Shown here: positions 60,760 to 64,000 of the stretch, one piece after another | Numbering within the stretch: position 1 is the first letter of the stretch | How the letters are laid out: every line of letters begins with the position of its first letter | NCBI RefSeq assembly: GCF_964213995.1 | Contig: NW_027590123.1 | Span: forward strand, 62,001-126,000 | From: Mustelus asterias | Lineage: Eukaryota | DNA: 64,000 nucleotides | Reading direction: 5' to 3' | Position numbers and translations under genes: made by a program | Notes under the pieces: generated by a model | The model's database searches: none | What the model was told of the DNA's origin: nothing | The model's input: only the letters and a program-made list of their open reading frames with translations

Positions 60760-61993
60760 TCAAATTTGATTGAGTTTTTTGAAGGGGTAACTAAGTAGAT
60801 GAGGGCAGTGCAGTTGATGTTGTCAACATGAACTTTAGCAAGATCTCTGACAAAGTACCGCATGGTAGGTTGTTGCATAAGGTTAAAATCTCACGGGATC
60901 CAGGGTGAGGTATCTAAATGGATACAAAATTGGCTTCTTGACAGAAGCCAGAGGGTGGCTGTAGGGGGTTGTTTTTCAAACTGGAGGACTGTGACCAGAA
61001 GTGTGCTTCAGGGATCAGTACTGGGTCCACTGTTATTTGTCATTTATATTAATGATTGGGACGAGAATATCAGAGGCATGGTTAGAAAGTTTGCAGATGA
61101 CACCAAGATTGGTGGCATAGTGGACAGTGAAGAAAGTTATCTCCGATTGCAACGGGATCTTGATCAATTGTGCCAGTGGGCTGATGAATGGCAGATGGAG
61201 TTTAATTGAGACAAACGTGAGGTGATGCATTTTGGTAGATTGAGCTAGGGCAGGACTTACTCAGTTAATGGTAGGGCGTTGGGGAGTAACAGAACAAAGA
61301 GATCGAGGGGTACATGTTCATTGCTCCTTGAAAGTGGAGTCACAGGTGGACAGAATGCTGAAGAAGGCATTCGGCATGCTTGGTTTCATCGGTCAGAACA
61401 TTGAATACAGGAGTTGGGATGTCTTGTTGAAGTTGTACAAGACATTGGTAAGGCCACACTTGGAATAGTGTGTGCAGTTCTGGTCATCCTATTATAGAAA
61501 GGGTATTATTAAACTAGAAATAGTGCAGAAAAGATTTACTAGGATGCAACTGGGACTGGATGATTTGAGTTATAAGGAGAGGCTGGATAGACTGAGACTT
61601 TTTTCTCTGGAGCGTATGAGGCTGAGGGGTGACCTTATAGAGCTCTATAAAATAATGAGGGGCATAGATCAGCTAGATAGTCAATATATTTTCCCAAAAG
61701 TAGGGGAGTCTAAAACTAGAAGGCATAGGTTTAAGGTGAGAGGGGAGAGATACAAAAGTGTCGAAAGGGGTAATTTTTTCACACAGAGGGTGGTGAGTGT
61801 CTGGAACAAGCTGCCAGAGATAGCAGTAGAGGCGGGTACAATTTTGTCTTTTAAAAAGCTTTTAGATAGTTACATGGATAAGATGGGTATAGAGGGATAT
61901 GGGCCAAATGCAGGCAATTGGGATTAGCTAAGGGATTTTTAAAAAAAGGCAGCATGGACACGTTGGGCCGATTTCCATGCTGTAAACCTCTAT
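60760..61993 (+). mobile_element. 5'-truncated CR1 LINE
   Basis: QGSVLGPLLFVIYIND, KFADDTK, LVRPHLE; absent from the paralogous flank near 28985. Confidence 0.95.
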
Positions 61994-62504
61994 GCCTCAC
62001 ATTCAAACTACAGTCCTTCAATTATAACAGAATATGTGGCTGTATGTAGCTGCCTCGGCCGTGGTCAACCCCAACACTGCCTTCTTGAACTGCTGCAATG
62101 CCTGAGGTATAGGTGACCCAAAGTGCTGTTAGGGAGGGATTTCCAGCTACACATTCCTGACTTTCATTAGAATGTAAGTGGGTTCCAGATTGATATATTC
62201 CATTCAACCACACCCAAGGTGAGTTATTCCAATTCCTTTATTGTCCAGGACAATATATTCACAATATCTTTAAAACAGAAATTAAACATTCCCATTTGAT
62301 TTCAGGTACTAACATATTCTGTTCGATTGATCTTTATTGTCAATGTCAGGCTGGGGTTGTTCCCCTTGGAGCAAAGGAGGTTGAGGGGAGATTTGATAGA
62401 GGTGGACAAGATTCTGACAGGTTTAGATAAGGTGGACAAAGAAAATCTGTTCCTATTAGCTGATGGGACAAGGATGACAAGCAAATTTAAAGTTTTGGGT
62501 GGGA

Positions 62505-62852
62505 TCACAGAATCAGAGAAACCCTACAGTGCAGAAAGAGGCCATTTGGCCCATCGGGTCTGCACCGACCACAATCCCACCCAGGCCCTACCCCCATATC
62601 CCTACACATTTACCCGCTAATCCCTCTAACCTACGCATCTCAGGACTCTAAGGGGCAATTTTTAGCATGCCCAATCAAACTAACCCGCACATCTTTGGAC
62701 TGTGGGAGGAAACCAGAGCACCCGGAGGAAACCCACGCAGACACGAGGAGAATGTGCAAACTCCACACAGACTGTGACCCAAGCCGGGAATCGAATCCAG
62801 GTCCCTGGAGCTGTGAAGCAGCAGTGCTAACCACTGTGCTACCGTGCTGCCC
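62505..62852 (-). mobile_element. full-length HE1-like SINE
   Basis: near-identical to 48222..48552; absent from the paralogous flank near 29515. Confidence 0.9.
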
Positions 62853-63189
62853 ATGTGAGGAATAATATTTTGATGCAGCGAATGGTAATGATCTGGAACT
62901 CGCTGCCTACGAGGGTGGAGGAAGTGGAGACAATAAACAATTACAAAGGAAATTGGATGGGCATTTGGGAGGTTTCAAACAGAAATGCTGACTAAATATC
63001 TCTGAACTTCCGAGCACCCTGTCACTCTGTGATCCTTGTGAAATTTGAAACCAGGTATTCGCAACAAGACAAGAGCATCAGCCATTGGAGGCAAAGTTGT
63101 GAGACCGGTCAGTCCAGCAGAAACAAACCCTCCGACCCTCCCCATTGACCAATATAATTGAAAACAGAAACAATAACAGCAGAATCGAC

Positions 63190-64000
63190 CACTGGAACCA
63201 CTCGTGAACTCGCTGGTGTACCAATAGCTGAGATGAAAGACTGAATCTCTTCTCACACACAGAACAGCTGAACGGTCTCTCCCCAGTGTGAATTCCCTGG
63301 TGTGTCTGCAGGCAGAATAACCGAGAGAACCCCTTTCCACACACAGAGCAGGTGAACGGTTTCCACCCAGTGTGAACTCGCTGGTGTGTCTGCTGGCTGG
63401 ATGAATCACTGAACCGCTTCCCACACAGAGTAGGTGAAAGGCCTCTCCCCAATGTGAACTCGCTGGTGCCTCCGCAGGTGGGATGACTGAGTGAATCCCT
63501 TCCCACACAGAGAGCAGGTGAATGGTTTCTCCCCAGTGTGAACTCGCTGGTGTGTCCGCAGGCTGGATGAAGTTATGAATGCCTTCCCACACTGAGAGCA
63601 GGTGAACGGTCTCTCCCCAGTGTGAACTTGCTGGTGTGTCCGCAGGCTGGATGACCGAGTGAATCCCTTTCCACACTGAGAGCAGGTGAACGGTCTCTCC
63701 CCAGTGTGAACTCGCTGGTGTGTCCGCAGGCTGGATGAAGCTCTGAATCCCTCCCCACACTGAGAGCAGGTGAAGGGCCTCTCCCCGGTGTGAACTCGCT
63801 GGTGTCTCCACAGGTTGGAGGACCGAGTGAATTCCTTCCCACACAGAGAGCAGGTGAACGGCCTCTCCCCAGTGTGAACTCGCTGGTGTGTCCGCAGGTT
63901 GGATGAAGCTCTGAATCCCTTCCCACACTGAGAGCAGGTGAACGGCCTCTCCCCAGTATGAACCCGCTGGTGTGTCCGCAGGCTGGAAAACTGACTGAAT
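63190..64000 (-). pseudogene. 3' part of a ZNF (about 9-10 fingers visible) with a frameshift near 63430; continues beyond the window
   Basis: 84-bp finger periodicity; true-frame tail in ORF 63078..63506 ([16 protein letters not shown]). Confidence 0.8.

Noticed and set aside
62975-63928. Long repetitive ORFs such as [22 protein letters not shown] and [11 protein letters not shown] (also 29949..30662 and others)
   Set aside because: Shadow frames of the 84-bp finger repeat.

Overview
Eukaryotic, non-bacterial DNA. The SINE and LINE content (HE1/V-SINE-like tRNA SINEs, CR1/HER1-like LINEs) indicates a cartilaginous fish, most likely a shark; this is an inference. The window is a birth-and-death cluster of about 12 C2H2 zinc-finger (ZNF) units on both strands: 7 long ORFs, 4 pseudogenes or fragments, and 1 partial unit at the right edge. 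The units share parts of one stereotyped cassette: CCAAT/NRF1/YY1 promoter module, short exon with GTGAGT donor, 66-nt exon, terminal exon, conserved 3' element. No KRAB, SCAN or BTB domain is visible. The terminal exon begins with fossil fingers carrying fixed in-frame stops, the start codon arose inside a finger linker (TGEKP to TMEKP), and a cryptic in-frame peptide (LDSAVIAAVNHIQD) follows the stop. Other highlights are an apparently intact tRNA-Arg(ACG) inside a ZNF first exon, a Penelope-like element with a minimal hammerhead ribozyme, a 2.3-kb mirror-image CpG-island promoter with a 28-bp TGACGTCA array and G-quadruplex-type repeats, and a class III-like endogenous retrovirus integrase remnant. 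Family names come from recall, not from database searches. Repeat boundaries are approximate.
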